From: an uncultured Thermoplasmata archaeon
GTDB taxonomy: Archaea; Thermoplasmatota; Thermoplasmata; SG8-5
NCBI GenBank assembly: GCA_964354755.1
Contig: CAYHBA010000001.1
Coordinates: 224,009 to 288,008 of the forward strand
Direction: 5' to 3'
DNA length: 64,000 nucleotides
This document shows, piece by piece, positions 47,549-56,012 of the stretch. A program made the translations under genes and the position numbers. The notes below the pieces were generated by a model that saw only the letters and a list, made by a program, of their open reading frames with translations, was not told the DNA's origin and made no database searches. How positions within the stretch are numbered: the first letter of the stretch is position 1; every line of letters begins with the position of its first letter.

Positions 47549-48478
47549 TTGAAGGAGATGGGCCTGACTGGCATCGATATTAGAAACTATGATAAAACGA
47601 TAGATATCGACAATTTTGTCCGGTTTTACAATCATGCTCATTCGGATTATCCATCACATAATACTCTAACTGCTGACATCGCGCAGCAATATATTTTTGG
47701 AAAACCAGGGTATGATTCTCAATCACATTTTCTAGCAATCAAGGATTCAGAGATCATCGGAAGTGTCAAAGGGGAGATATTTGCTGGAAAAAGAGGAATT
47801 ATTGGAATGATAATTAGTCCAGAACACCGTATGCTTGGGATTGAAGATGTCCTTTACAAGCTGGTTATGAATTACTATCGTCAGAAAGGATTGGATGAAG
47901 CCGGAGTCCATGTTGATTCGTCATTTCCAAAAATGATTGATTTCTACAAGTCACATGGATTTACCATTTGGAAAATATCATACCAGATGTCATGTAAATT
48001 AAAGCAATCTATGAAAACTAGTTCTAAAATGGCAGCAGGTTATCATATTGGACCATCCAATCAAAATGAGATTGATAAGGTAAGGAATGTCTTAGCAATT
48101 GGTTTTGAAAATGAGCATGTAGAGGAAATAATTGGTGAATTTGACCGACTTCTCCAAGAAAAGGGTTTTGATATAAGTGGAATAATTGTGGCAAGGAAAA
48201 GCAACGATGTCATTGGACTGATATTTAATTTCATCCATCCAGCGATGCCGGATAGAGGATTTGTTACATGGATTGCTGTGATTCCATCAGAGAGAAACAA
48301 GGGTGTGGGAAAATCCCTATTATCATCGGGATTGTCTTGGATGAAAGAGAAAGGCGCTTTGACTGTGGAATTGAATGTCGATTTAAAGAATCCCAGCGCA
48401 TTAAAATTATATCAAGACTGTGGGTTTGAAGTAGTATCTGAAACTAATATTATGCAAAAGGCCCATCTCCGTTTGTAA
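47549..48478 (+). CDS. GNAT-family N-acetyltransferase (two GNAT-like halves)
   Basis: Acetyl-CoA-binding-like motifs (KRGIIGMIISPEHRMLGIED and RGFVTWIAVIPSERNKGVGKSLL). AT-rich and driven by the R2 copy b promoter. Confidence 0.65.
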   Translation: MKEMGLTGIDIRNYDKTIDIDNFVRFYNHAHSDYPSHNTLTADIAQQYIFGKPGYDSQSHFLAIKDSEIIGSVKGEIFAGKRGIIGMIISPEHRMLGIEDVLYKLVMNYYRQKGLDEAGVHVDSSFPKMIDFYKSHGFTIWKISYQMSCKLKQSMKTSSKMAAGYHIGPSNQNEIDKVRNVLAIGFENEHVEEIIGEFDRLLQEKGFDISGIIVARKSNDVIGLIFNFIHPAMPDRGFVTWIAVIPSERNKGVGKSLLSSGLSWMKEKGALTVELNVDLKNPSALKLYQDCGFEVVSETNIMQKAHLRL

Positions 48479-48524
48479 GTTGAACGACCGAGCTCGGCCA
48501 TGAACATCTGGAAACGACGAGAGG

Positions 48525-48730
48525 CCGCGTGGATGCCTCGCCGGAGGATTGCGTCCTTGCACTGCCGCTCATCGAGCAATCCGCACGGATGCGAGCCACC
48601 GTTTTCCCAACGTTACGGCGAAGCAGCCACGAGTACAACGAAGGGACGGGGAGTGTGAACGAAAGGCTTATTATCTGCCTTTCGCATTCACTTGGGGCAA
48701 GTGGCTACTGGCTAAGGCTGTGTGCCCGTT
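48525..48730. repeat. Repeats R_A/R_B, copy 1 (further copies at ~49500-49670 and ~50620-50800)
   Basis: R_A (gaatgcctcgccggag...caagccacc...ttacggcgaagcagc.acgagtacaacg.agg..gggag) and R_B (acgaaag.cttatta...gcattcacttgg...ctgtgccc) recur around the nucleotidyltransferase and membrane-protein genes. The last copy ends in a long palindrome (ggggcggggagcgggtttaatgca...tgcattaaacccgcacaccgcccc). Confidence 0.8.
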
Positions 48731-49520
48731 TCAAATCAATTAAATATTTCTCTGCTACTTCAAGCCATTTGATTTTATCATCTTTTGAGATCACTTGTTG
48801 TCTACGTAGCTTTAATGAATAGTGCACAATGTGTTTTTCATTGTTTTTGAATGCCATTGCTATTTCAGAGTAGCCATTGACTGACTTGTTATCACTCACA
48901 AGATGCAGTTCAATATCAGCGATGTAAAAGATTACCTTAATAAAATCTTTGAATGTGAAGTCAGGGCAAATTTGGTCTTTTTCTTTAAATGTATCTTTAT
49001 GCTCATAAAATATATCAATATGATATTCCAATTCGTTTCTCAGAGTCGCTGGCTTGATTGAAAATTCATTAAAGTTTAACTGTTTTCCATGTACTAATTT
49101 CGCTTTCTTAAGGAAGTTAATGAATACCGGCAATTCGATATTTTCCATTATACTCCCTTTGGATTCCCCACCGAAAAATTCGTCATAACTCATCATGCCA
49201 ATGTCAATTTTGTGAGCAGAGCGAATTTTATTATTCAGAATTTCGTTCAATTGCGTCTCATTAGTAAAATCATAACTGGACTTCATTACACCGATAAAAT
49301 CGATATCGCTGTTATTTATCATGTCTTTTGTGATAAAAGAACCAATAACATAAAGAGAGATTAAATTATCCCCAGTATGCTTTAATATCGTATTTTTAAT
49401 TTCATTAATGAGTTTTTCATCATTCATAAATACCAAATAGATTTCAAGATTATATAGATGTCTCTTAACAAGGGCATGCAACCGAATGATAATTAAGGGA
49501 GCCACCTCCGCCGTGACCAC
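48705..49520 (-). CDS. Polymerase-beta-superfamily nucleotidyltransferase (ANT/LinB-like or defence-type)
   Basis: GSFITKDMINNSDIDF matches the minimal nucleotidyltransferase GS...DxD signature. AT-rich. The true start is probably the internal MNDEKLINE near 49440. Confidence 0.55.
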   Translation of the reverse strand: MVTAEVAPLIIIRLHALVKRHLYNLEIYLVFMNDEKLINEIKNTILKHTGDNLISLYVIGSFITKDMINNSDIDFIGVMKSSYDFTNETQLNEILNNKIRSAHKIDIGMMSYDEFFGGESKGSIMENIELPVFINFLKKAKLVHGKQLNFNEFSIKPATLRNELEYHIDIFYEHKDTFKEKDQICPDFTFKDFIKVIFYIADIELHLVSDNKSVNGYSEIAMAFKNNEKHIVHYSLKLRRQQVISKDDKIKWLEVAEKYLIDLKRAHSLSQ

Positions 49521-49714
49521 CTTGTATTGACGAGAGGTGGCGTTGATGCCCCAGCTAAGCCAGGCAATGAATTGAGCCCCAACGGATTCTATTCACAACG
49601 AAAGCCTTATTACCGGACGGATGCATTCACTTGGAGATGGACGTTTCAGTCGTAGGTTCTGTGCCCCCCAAATCCTTAATAAAAATTTCATTAATATGGA
49701 TATAGGAGCTACTG

Positions 49715-50614
49715 ATGATTATTAAATTCGATATTAACTATATTTTGAAGGTCGTTTTAAAGAGCTTCATTTGTTCAATTTTGCTAATTGTCGGCATGAT
49801 AGTTGGGGGAATTGTGGCAATAACCTTAGGACTGACTCAACCAACAATGCCAGCATCAATTGATACAAATTTAACAATTATTCTAATGATACCTGCGGGA
49901 ATGATAATCTCTATAGTCCTTGGAGAGCTTTTTAAGAAATTAAATCAAGGTTTCCTAGAGCGATTTGTTTGCATATTTCTTTTCAACTACATTATCTATT
50001 TTTTGCTCCAAGTCTTTGAATCGGTTATCTTTACTACAATGATGAATTTAAATTTCGGGATTGTAATGGATATTTTTCCTTCCCTGTTTATTTCGTTAGC
50101 GATAGCCAAAATGTGGAAACCCATCAAGGAAGACCGTAGCCTTAGAACTGAAGCCAAAAGTTACTTTGCTAAAAGAAAAACCTTGGACTGGACATGGAGA
50201 TTTGTATTGGCTTGGCTCGCATATGTACCTTTATATTACTTTATAGGTGTGGCAATTAGCCCGTGGGTTCTTCCATATTATAGTGATCATAGCTTGGAGT
50301 TAGGCATTATTCTTCCTGATGTATCTGAAATGATTGCCCTGCAGTTCATACGGAGTGCTTTTTTCCTTTTCGCAGCAATGCTAGTGATAATAATGTGGAA
50401 GGGAACCAAACAATCACTTCGGTTGTGGCTCGGTTTCTCAATTTTCGTACAAGTGGCTGTAATTCCATTAATCGTCGGACATTGGCTCCCAATCGGATTG
50501 AGAATACCACATGCTATTGAGTTGACTATCGACTCCTTCGTTCAAGCAATAATTTATGTGGGACTTTTATTTATTAACAATCCTAGTCCTAATAGTGTTG
50601 TATCCAAGAATTGA
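49715..50614 (+). CDS. Polytopic membrane protein (about 8 predicted TM)
   Basis: 299 aa, strongly hydrophobic and AT-rich. Divergent from the nucleotidyltransferase gene. Confidence 0.5.
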   Translation: MIIKFDINYILKVVLKSFICSILLIVGMIVGGIVAITLGLTQPTMPASIDTNLTIILMIPAGMIISIVLGELFKKLNQGFLERFVCIFLFNYIIYFLLQVFESVIFTTMMNLNFGIVMDIFPSLFISLAIAKMWKPIKEDRSLRTEAKSYFAKRKTLDWTWRFVLAWLAYVPLYYFIGVAISPWVLPYYSDHSLELGIILPDVSEMIALQFIRSAFFLFAAMLVIIMWKGTKQSLRLWLGFSIFVQVAVIPLIVGHWLPIGLRIPHAIELTIDSFVQAIIYVGLLFINNPSPNSVVSKN

Positions 50615-50948
50615 AGAGTATACGAGAGAACCGCTTGAATGCCTCGCCGGAGCTTTGTATCCTGGTAGCGACGAGATTCGCCAACAAAGCGTACGGTTGC
50701 AAGCCACCATATTCCTGATGTTACGGCGAAGCAGCTACGAGTACAACGCAGGGGCGGGGAGCGGGTTTAATGCACAATGCGAATTGGGGTTGCATTAAAC
50801 CCGCACACCGCCCCGACCCTTCATTCAACGTGAAGACACCTTGAAGCTAATTGCTTCTACATCTTTTCAGGTAACGCCTCAATATTCCACGAGTATTCCT
50901 CAGGGATGCAGCGCCCATGGGGGCCTGTGGCTTGTCCTTGTTGAGTGA

Positions 50949-51392
50949 TTGACCCGCGACAGCCCCCCACACCCCCACCCCTTCGGAATGATGGTCTCTG
51001 TGCAACCGCTTCGCTCTTGGTTTATGAAGTGTGGACATCCCCCTGGATGTATGTGTGGCGATACTTTCGCCCACCCCTTGCGCCCGGTTAAATATTCTCC
51101 GGGAATTATCAATCCGGGAGGTAATAGCTTGGAAAATTCAGTCAAGATATTCTGCAAGCAGGGAAAGAGTCAATATTTGGTGAGCGAGACGAATGTCGAG
51201 CTTTTCTTGTCCAGAATGAAAGTGTCATGGGTCCAGGACAGATGCTTCATCACCTTTGCAACCCCCGAAGGCGGCGTGGAGCTCGAGCTGCCCCGGAGCA
51301 GTACGATTGACATGATTGAGTCGCTGATCATGATGCTGCCGCATGAGGATATCCAGGAACTGCTCGCGGGGATGAGCGAGGTAATGGCATGA
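50949..51392 (+). CDS. Hypothetical protein
   Basis: 147 aa with a TTG start on the track. The N-terminal part is low-complexity and the true start may be internal. Confidence 0.3.
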   Translation: MTRDSPPHPHPFGMMVSVQPLRSWFMKCGHPPGCMCGDTFAHPLRPVKYSPGIINPGGNSLENSVKIFCKQGKSQYLVSETNVELFLSRMKVSWVQDRCFITFATPEGGVELELPRSSTIDMIESLIMMLPHEDIQELLAGMSEVMA

Positions 51393-51397
51393 GACGG

Positions 51398-51571
51398 TTA
51401 TTCCTTGGTGTAGACCCGCTCTTCTCTCGCTAGGGCTTCGAGGCGTAACCTTATGGCTTCCTTTATGAAATCCGTAGGTGTGGAATAACCCAGGCCAGCT
51501 TTCTCAATGAATACTTCAACACGGTCGAGCAAGTCAGCCGGTATGCTTACGGTTCTTACAGGGGTTCGCAT
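51398..51571 (-). CDS. Ribbon-helix-helix (CopG/Arc-like) DNA-binding protein, 57 aa
   Basis: MRTPVRTVSIPADLLDRVEVFIEKAGLGYSTPTDFIKEAIRLRLEALAREERVYTKE is a canonical RHH beta-strand plus two helices. Below the 60-aa track cutoff. Coordinates are accurate to ±1-2 nt. Confidence 0.55.
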   Translation of the reverse strand: MRTPVRTVSIPADLLDRVEVFIEKAGLGYSTPTDFIKEAIRLRLEALAREERVYTKE

Positions 51572-51680
51572 GTGTTACCCATAACGCACAGGACATATAA
51601 ATCTTTCGTATCAATCACTTGTCAATTACTTGTAGCATAATTTATTTATATGAAATAGACCTTACAGGTGATTGATAAAT

Positions 51681-51821
51681 ATGGGAAAATTCAGAACGAT
51701 AAGTCTGCCTGGCGACCTTTACAAACAAATCGAAAAAAAGGTTAAAGAGGGAAATTACAACACTATTACCGAATTTGTCAAAGAGGCTATCAGGCTCAGA
51801 CTGGAAGCAATGAACGGGTAG
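51681..51821 (+). CDS. Ribbon-helix-helix protein, 46 aa, divergent paralog of the 51398..51571 gene
   Basis: MGKFRTISLPGDLYKQIEKKVKEGNYNTITEFVKEAIRLRLEAMNG. It shares EFVKEAIRLRLEA with the partner. The intergenic region carries the inverted repeat atcaatcac...gtgattgat. Confidence 0.5.
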   Translation: MGKFRTISLPGDLYKQIEKKVKEGNYNTITEFVKEAIRLRLEAMNG

Positions 51822-51840
51822 AGAAAGGAGCCGTGGAGCC

Positions 51841-52461
51841 ATGGTGTTGCAAACAACAGCGCTGGGGGGCGCAGGGAATGATCGCATGAATGTTGAGGAA
51901 ATAGTCGAAAATATTATCGGCCTGACCACAGCGATCAAGGAAATCAGCGAGACAATCCAGGAACGGGCGCAACCATATGCAGACCGCTTGAAGGCTCTCC
52001 AGGAAGAGATGGACCGGGATCTGTCGGAATTGAAGGCGCAGTCCGAGAAAATGAAACTGGAACTGGCCGAAGACAAGACTCTATTGATAGAGCACTGGCC
52101 GGTGGACAGCGGCAGGATAGAAACGCGGGGATGGACAATCGACAGGAAGGAACGGAAGAGCGTGGAGATTGTTGATGAATTTTCATTGATGGATACCTTA
52201 CTGGAGGTGCTGCCTCAAAATAAGATGCCCTGCAACATAGCCTGGAACAAAACCAAGCTGGCCAAATTGATTGATGATGGCGTGATACCAGAAGAACAAG
52301 CCCGTTCAACCGTGACTATCAGCATCGCCATTACTCCGCCGGCATCCGCAGATGACGAAGAGACTGCCAACGAGGAACGCGCAGATAGAGACCGACTTGT
52401 TCAGGTGGACAGAGCCGCCAGAGGCCATTACAGCACATTGTCGGGGGCCGGAAACCCATGA
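51841..52461 (+). CDS. Hypothetical protein (coiled-coil N-terminus)
   Basis: 206 aa with an RBS (gagaaaggag) ahead of the ATG. The overlapping minus-strand ORF 51642..52076 is low-complexity and probably spurious. Confidence 0.4.
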   Translation: MVLQTTALGGAGNDRMNVEEIVENIIGLTTAIKEISETIQERAQPYADRLKALQEEMDRDLSELKAQSEKMKLELAEDKTLLIEHWPVDSGRIETRGWTIDRKERKSVEIVDEFSLMDTLLEVLPQNKMPCNIAWNKTKLAKLIDDGVIPEEQARSTVTISIAITPPASADDEETANEERADRDRLVQVDRAARGHYSTLSGAGNP

Positions 52462-52688
52462 CCCTCAACAACCCCAAGGGCACGAACGACCGAGGCCGAC
52501 TGATAACCTATACAGTCCATGATCTCGCAACCGGGCTCGAGTTGTTCTACTTCCAGGGAAAACGATTTTCCGCCCAAGCTGCGGCACGCGAGGCCATCAG
52601 CCGGAAGATAGTGCTGCCGGTCGAGGTCCGCTGGATAACCGCCAACCGTTGGGGATTCAATACCCAGCATCGGATGGTGAGCGCGTGA
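52458..52688 (+). CDS. Small hypothetical protein
   Basis: 76 aa, translationally coupled to its neighbours. Confidence 0.3.
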   Translation: MTLNNPKGTNDRGRLITYTVHDLATGLELFYFQGKRFSAQAAAREAISRKIVLPVEVRWITANRWGFNTQHRMVSA

Positions 52689-52918
52689 CCACTGAGCCTC
52701 GCCGCGGCCCGTTCTCCCTCAACCAAGCTCTATGGATACAGGATTGTCAAATCTGCCCCTATTGCGGCTGGAGACGCGGGGACATGCACCCGATACTTCT
52801 CAAACCTATATGCGCCCACCAGGTCCTTGCCGGCGAGGTCATCCGGAGTCACATGCGGGCTGCTGAGAGTAATGTCATTTTCATTACAGCCGACAAACTG
52901 GCGGAGGCAATGCTGTGA
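52649..52918 (+). CDS. Small zinc-finger protein
   Basis: CQICPYCGW...C..H motif. Confidence 0.3.
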   Translation: MGIQYPASDGERVTTEPRRGPFSLNQALWIQDCQICPYCGWRRGDMHPILLKPICAHQVLAGEVIRSHMRAAESNVIFITADKLAEAML

Positions 52919-52960
52919 ACGGCTGCGGCGAGGGAAACGGTACATGCACCAGCACAACAA

Positions 52961-54007
52961 ATGAGCCCCTCGAAGCCGCTCAGCTGGGGTATAATCCCCA
53001 ATCGCTGCAGCCAAATTATTTATCGAAGCAATCGATACGGAGGGAGGCAGATGCCAAGACAGGAAACGTATCTGTGCCGAATAGATCAATGGGAAGCAAA
53101 ACTGAACCAGAGCAGGAAGTCGCCATACACGGTCGCCAGCTATACCGCGGCGGCCAGGTTGGCGCGCAGGATACTGATGGAGAACGGAATCCAGACAGCC
53201 CCCAAGAAACTGTCGCAGGAGGATATCGAACTCATTTATCGGAACCTGCACAACAGCGCCTACAAGATGGGCGTGAAGGACTTCCTCAGGTTCGTGGAAA
53301 ACCCGTATGTGGAACGCGCGGACACCGGCCCGGCTCCGAAGTGCATGAACAAGGCGGACTGGTTGGACAGGGACACGGACGAAGACCGAATAGTCTGGGA
53401 GACGGCGATGAACTCGCCGCTGTTCGAGAAGGTCATTGTCCACTTCGAACTACACCTGGGAATGAGGCGGGGCGGCTGCAAGCGGCTGCTGATGTCCTAC
53501 TACTTGGGCAGACACATGATAGTCCTGGAAAAAGGACGGGAAGGCGGAAAGTTCCGAACCATCCCAGTACACCCGTTCACCAAGGACATCATGCGGGAAG
53601 TGAAGGACTTCAGGGCGGACACCCTGGAGCCGCACGCTTTCAGGAACGGCCTGAAGGTCCCAGAAAAGGTCATCGCCTGGCCGAACCACCACAAGATAAC
53701 CACCCCCTCGGACAACACCCTGAATATACTGCTGAAGAACGTCAGCAGAAAGGCGGGGATAGAGTTCAGCCACCACACCCTGCGGAGGACCTGCGCCAGG
53801 AACCTCTACTTAGAGATGGTGGAACGGGGCAAGGTGAACCTAGCTGCGATACAGCGGTTCTTAGGCCACGAATCCATGGAAATGACCGTGAAATACTTGG
53901 GCATCAACATGGTCGACATGGAGGAGATGATGTCGATAGGCTCCCAAAGGTTCCAAAAACCGATAAATTCGCCGGACTGCACCGAAACGCCAGTAGCCAG
54001 CCTTTAG
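52961..54007 (+). CDS. Tyrosine recombinase/integrase
   Basis: Box I GMRRGGCKRL (Arg), HHTLRRTCARN (His-x-x-Arg), GHESMEMTVKYL (His...Tyr). The stop lies 1-2 bp before the attR arm. The start may be the internal ATG ~90 nt downstream. Confidence 0.8.
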   Translation: MSPSKPLSWGIIPNRCSQIIYRSNRYGGRQMPRQETYLCRIDQWEAKLNQSRKSPYTVASYTAAARLARRILMENGIQTAPKKLSQEDIELIYRNLHNSAYKMGVKDFLRFVENPYVERADTGPAPKCMNKADWLDRDTDEDRIVWETAMNSPLFEKVIVHFELHLGMRRGGCKRLLMSYYLGRHMIVLEKGREGGKFRTIPVHPFTKDIMREVKDFRADTLEPHAFRNGLKVPEKVIAWPNHHKITTPSDNTLNILLKNVSRKAGIEFSHHTLRRTCARNLYLEMVERGKVNLAAIQRFLGHESMEMTVKYLGINMVDMEEMMSIGSQRFQKPINSPDCTETPVASL

Positions 54008-54035
54008 ATGGGGCAAAACTATATATTCGGAATAT
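54007..54035. other. attR (P-O-B') of the integrated element
   Basis: gatggggcaaaaCTATATattcggaatat. The arm gatggggcaaaa is the exact inverse of the attL arm, and the core AAAACTATAT is shared. Confidence 0.65.
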
Positions 54036-54080
54036 CCTATGATGTACTTGCGCGTGCGCGCATGAGGGGCAGGAAGAAAG

Positions 54081-56012
54081 ATGGCTTGGTTCGACAAAAA
54101 GAAAAAGGATGAGGACACTGGTCACGGTCTTGACAGCAACATCGGTACGACCGGCGCCCTGACCGAATCCAAGAAGGGCGGTCTTTTCCCCGGGAAAAAG
54201 GAGACACATAAGCCAGCTCCGAAGAAGGCCCCTGCGGATTCCATCAGATGCGGAATATGCGACTCGCTGTCGCCGGCCGGAAGCGCTGAATGCATAACCT
54301 GCGGCGGCGCCCTGGGTGATTCTGATGTGTCTGAGCCAGGAGCCCGGGCCGTACAGCCGGAGACCGTTCAAAAGCCGATTCCGGTCCCGGCCGGACCGCC
54401 GGCGGGAAAGCCTAAGAAAGCGCCTCGGCCATTGCCTGAGGCTGAGCCTGAGCCTGAAAAATTCCAACCTGCCTGGACACCGCTGCCCGATGAGGAGAGG
54501 AAGGTCGCGGAGAGAGAGGTCAACGAACATATCAAAATACTTCACAAGGTTTTGCAGAAGAATCAGATTACCAGGGAGGAGTATGACAGGCGCGTCAAAC
54601 AGTTGAAGGTGGACAGGCACCTGGAACCGCCTATGCCCAAGGCAAAGCCGGCACCAAAACCTGTCAGGGCGCCGACCCAGGCACTGCCTCCGAAGGAGAA
54701 GGCCGCCCCTGCGCGGGAGCCCGAGAGAAAGGCGCAGCCCGAGCTTGTCCAGGACGAGCTGACTCCAGAGGAAGTCCAACTGCAGACAGAGCTTGTGGGC
54801 ATAGACAGGGAGAAGGCCCTCGACAAGGAGATCGACGAGATACTGCCCATGGAGCTTCTGGCCCTGGAGGAGATTGTCGTGGAGGCCGAGGAGGAGCCCG
54901 AAACCAGGCCAACCCCCAAATCCCAGGCGGAGGCCGAGCCCGAGAGGAAGGTCGGATTCCTGGCTTCCAGGAAGATATTCGGCGACAAGGCCAAGCAGCT
55001 CGAGGAATGGGAGGCGCAGCTCAGAGCCGAGGAGCAGAACATCCAGGCTATGAAGGCGGCACTGGACAACAGGGAAACCAAGCTCCAGGAGAAGGACCTG
55101 GGGATCCAGACGGAACTGCAGATACTCCAGACCAAGAAAAAGGACATGACAATCCGCATCCAGAACCTTGACAAAAAGGAGGCGGAGCTCCAATCCCTCG
55201 GCGGAAAGCTGGCGCACCGCAACGAAGAGCTGGACATAATGGCCGCCGAGATATCGAAGCGCGAGGAGGATCTCACTGGCAGGACAGAGACCCTGGGCAA
55301 GAGGGAATCGGAACTTGCTGACAAGACGCTCATGTTCGAGAAGAAGGAAAGGGACATCGTGGCCAGGGAGAGCGAGACCCGTGAGAAATGGCTGGAGATG
55401 CGGGAGTTCGACCGCAAGATAACGACCCGCGCCGAGGAGCTGGATGCCGCAGAGGAGGAGATGAACGAGAAGCGTGCCGCCCAGAGGAAGCGGGATTCGG
55501 AACTTGACGACAAGCGCAGGGAACTGGATGCCAGGGGCAGGGAGCAGGAGGCGAAGGTCAGGGAGCTTGCCTCGCTCGGGGAGCAGATCGCCCAGAAGGA
55601 GGAGAAGCTGATACAAAATGTTGAGGCGAACCAGACAAGAGCCAACGAGCTGGATGACAGGGAGGAATCGCTGCAGGCCAGGAAGGAAGAGCTTGACACG
55701 CTGGGCACTGACCTCCGGGAGAGGGAGGAGAGCATGGAGGCCTGGAAGAAGCGGCTCGAGGCAAAGGAGAACGAGCTTACTGTGAAGAATAACGAACTAG
55801 CTGGCAAGGAAGGGGCCATCAGGACGGCCGAGAGGGATCTCGACGGCAAGAGGGAGAAGCTCAAGGCCAGGATACAGGAGATAAAGAATCTCGAGGAGCG
55901 CACCCTGCTCAGGAAGAGGGAAGTAGATGAGATAGAACTCATGCTCATCCAGAAGGAAAACGAACTGTTCAACAGGGAACAGGGCCTCTCCAGAAAGGAA
56001 GCCGCGAAGTGA
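54081..56012 (+). CDS. Zinc-ribbon protein with very long charged coiled-coil
   Basis: CGICD...CITCGG at the N-terminus, followed by ~450 aa of E/K/R-rich heptad sequence. Confidence 0.5.
   Translation: MAWFDKKKKDEDTGHGLDSNIGTTGALTESKKGGLFPGKKETHKPAPKKAPADSIRCGICDSLSPAGSAECITCGGALGDSDVSEPGARAVQPETVQKPIPVPAGPPAGKPKKAPRPLPEAEPEPEKFQPAWTPLPDEERKVAEREVNEHIKILHKVLQKNQITREEYDRRVKQLKVDRHLEPPMPKAKPAPKPVRAPTQALPPKEKAAPAREPERKAQPELVQDELTPEEVQLQTELVGIDREKALDKEIDEILPMELLALEEIVVEAEEEPETRPTPKSQAEAEPERKVGFLASRKIFGDKAKQLEEWEAQLRAEEQNIQAMKAALDNRETKLQEKDLGIQTELQILQTKKKDMTIRIQNLDKKEAELQSLGGKLAHRNEELDIMAAEISKREEDLTGRTETLGKRESELADKTLMFEKKERDIVARESETREKWLEMREFDRKITTRAEELDAAEEEMNEKRAAQRKRDSELDDKRRELDARGREQEAKVRELASLGEQIAQKEEKLIQNVEANQTRANELDDREESLQARKEELDTLGTDLREREESMEAWKKRLEAKENELTVKNNELAGKEGAIRTAERDLDGKREKLKARIQEIKNLEERTLLRKREVDEIELMLIQKENELFNREQGLSRKEAAK

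Larger units (their letters stand above)
16838..54024. mobile_element. Integrated head-tail provirus (~37.2 kb) with tyrosine integrase, two defence/accessory cassette regions and cargo genes
   Basis: Bounded by a 10-bp direct repeat with perfectly inverted 12-bp arms. The integrase gene ends 1-2 bp from attR. Contents: terminase, portal, capsid, tail and LamG fibre genes. Internal GC is visibly lower in the two cassette regions. Confidence 0.7.

Noticed and set aside
51642-52076. 144-aa minus-strand ORF overlapping the RHH/hypothetical genes
   Set aside because: Low-complexity S/F/R-rich product. It is antisense to the plus-strand RHH gene and to 51841..52461, both of which have RBSs and a coherent domain or coiled-coil pattern.
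44749-54007. Classical integron (IntI plus attI/attC array)
   Set aside because: The only integrase shows ordinary phage-type tyrosine-recombinase boxes with no sign of the extra IntI-specific domain. It is not divergently oriented next to the array. The cassettes are in mixed orientation with their own promoters, and the repeats are too long and heterogeneous for attC sites. It is reported as an unusual cassette array rather than an integron.
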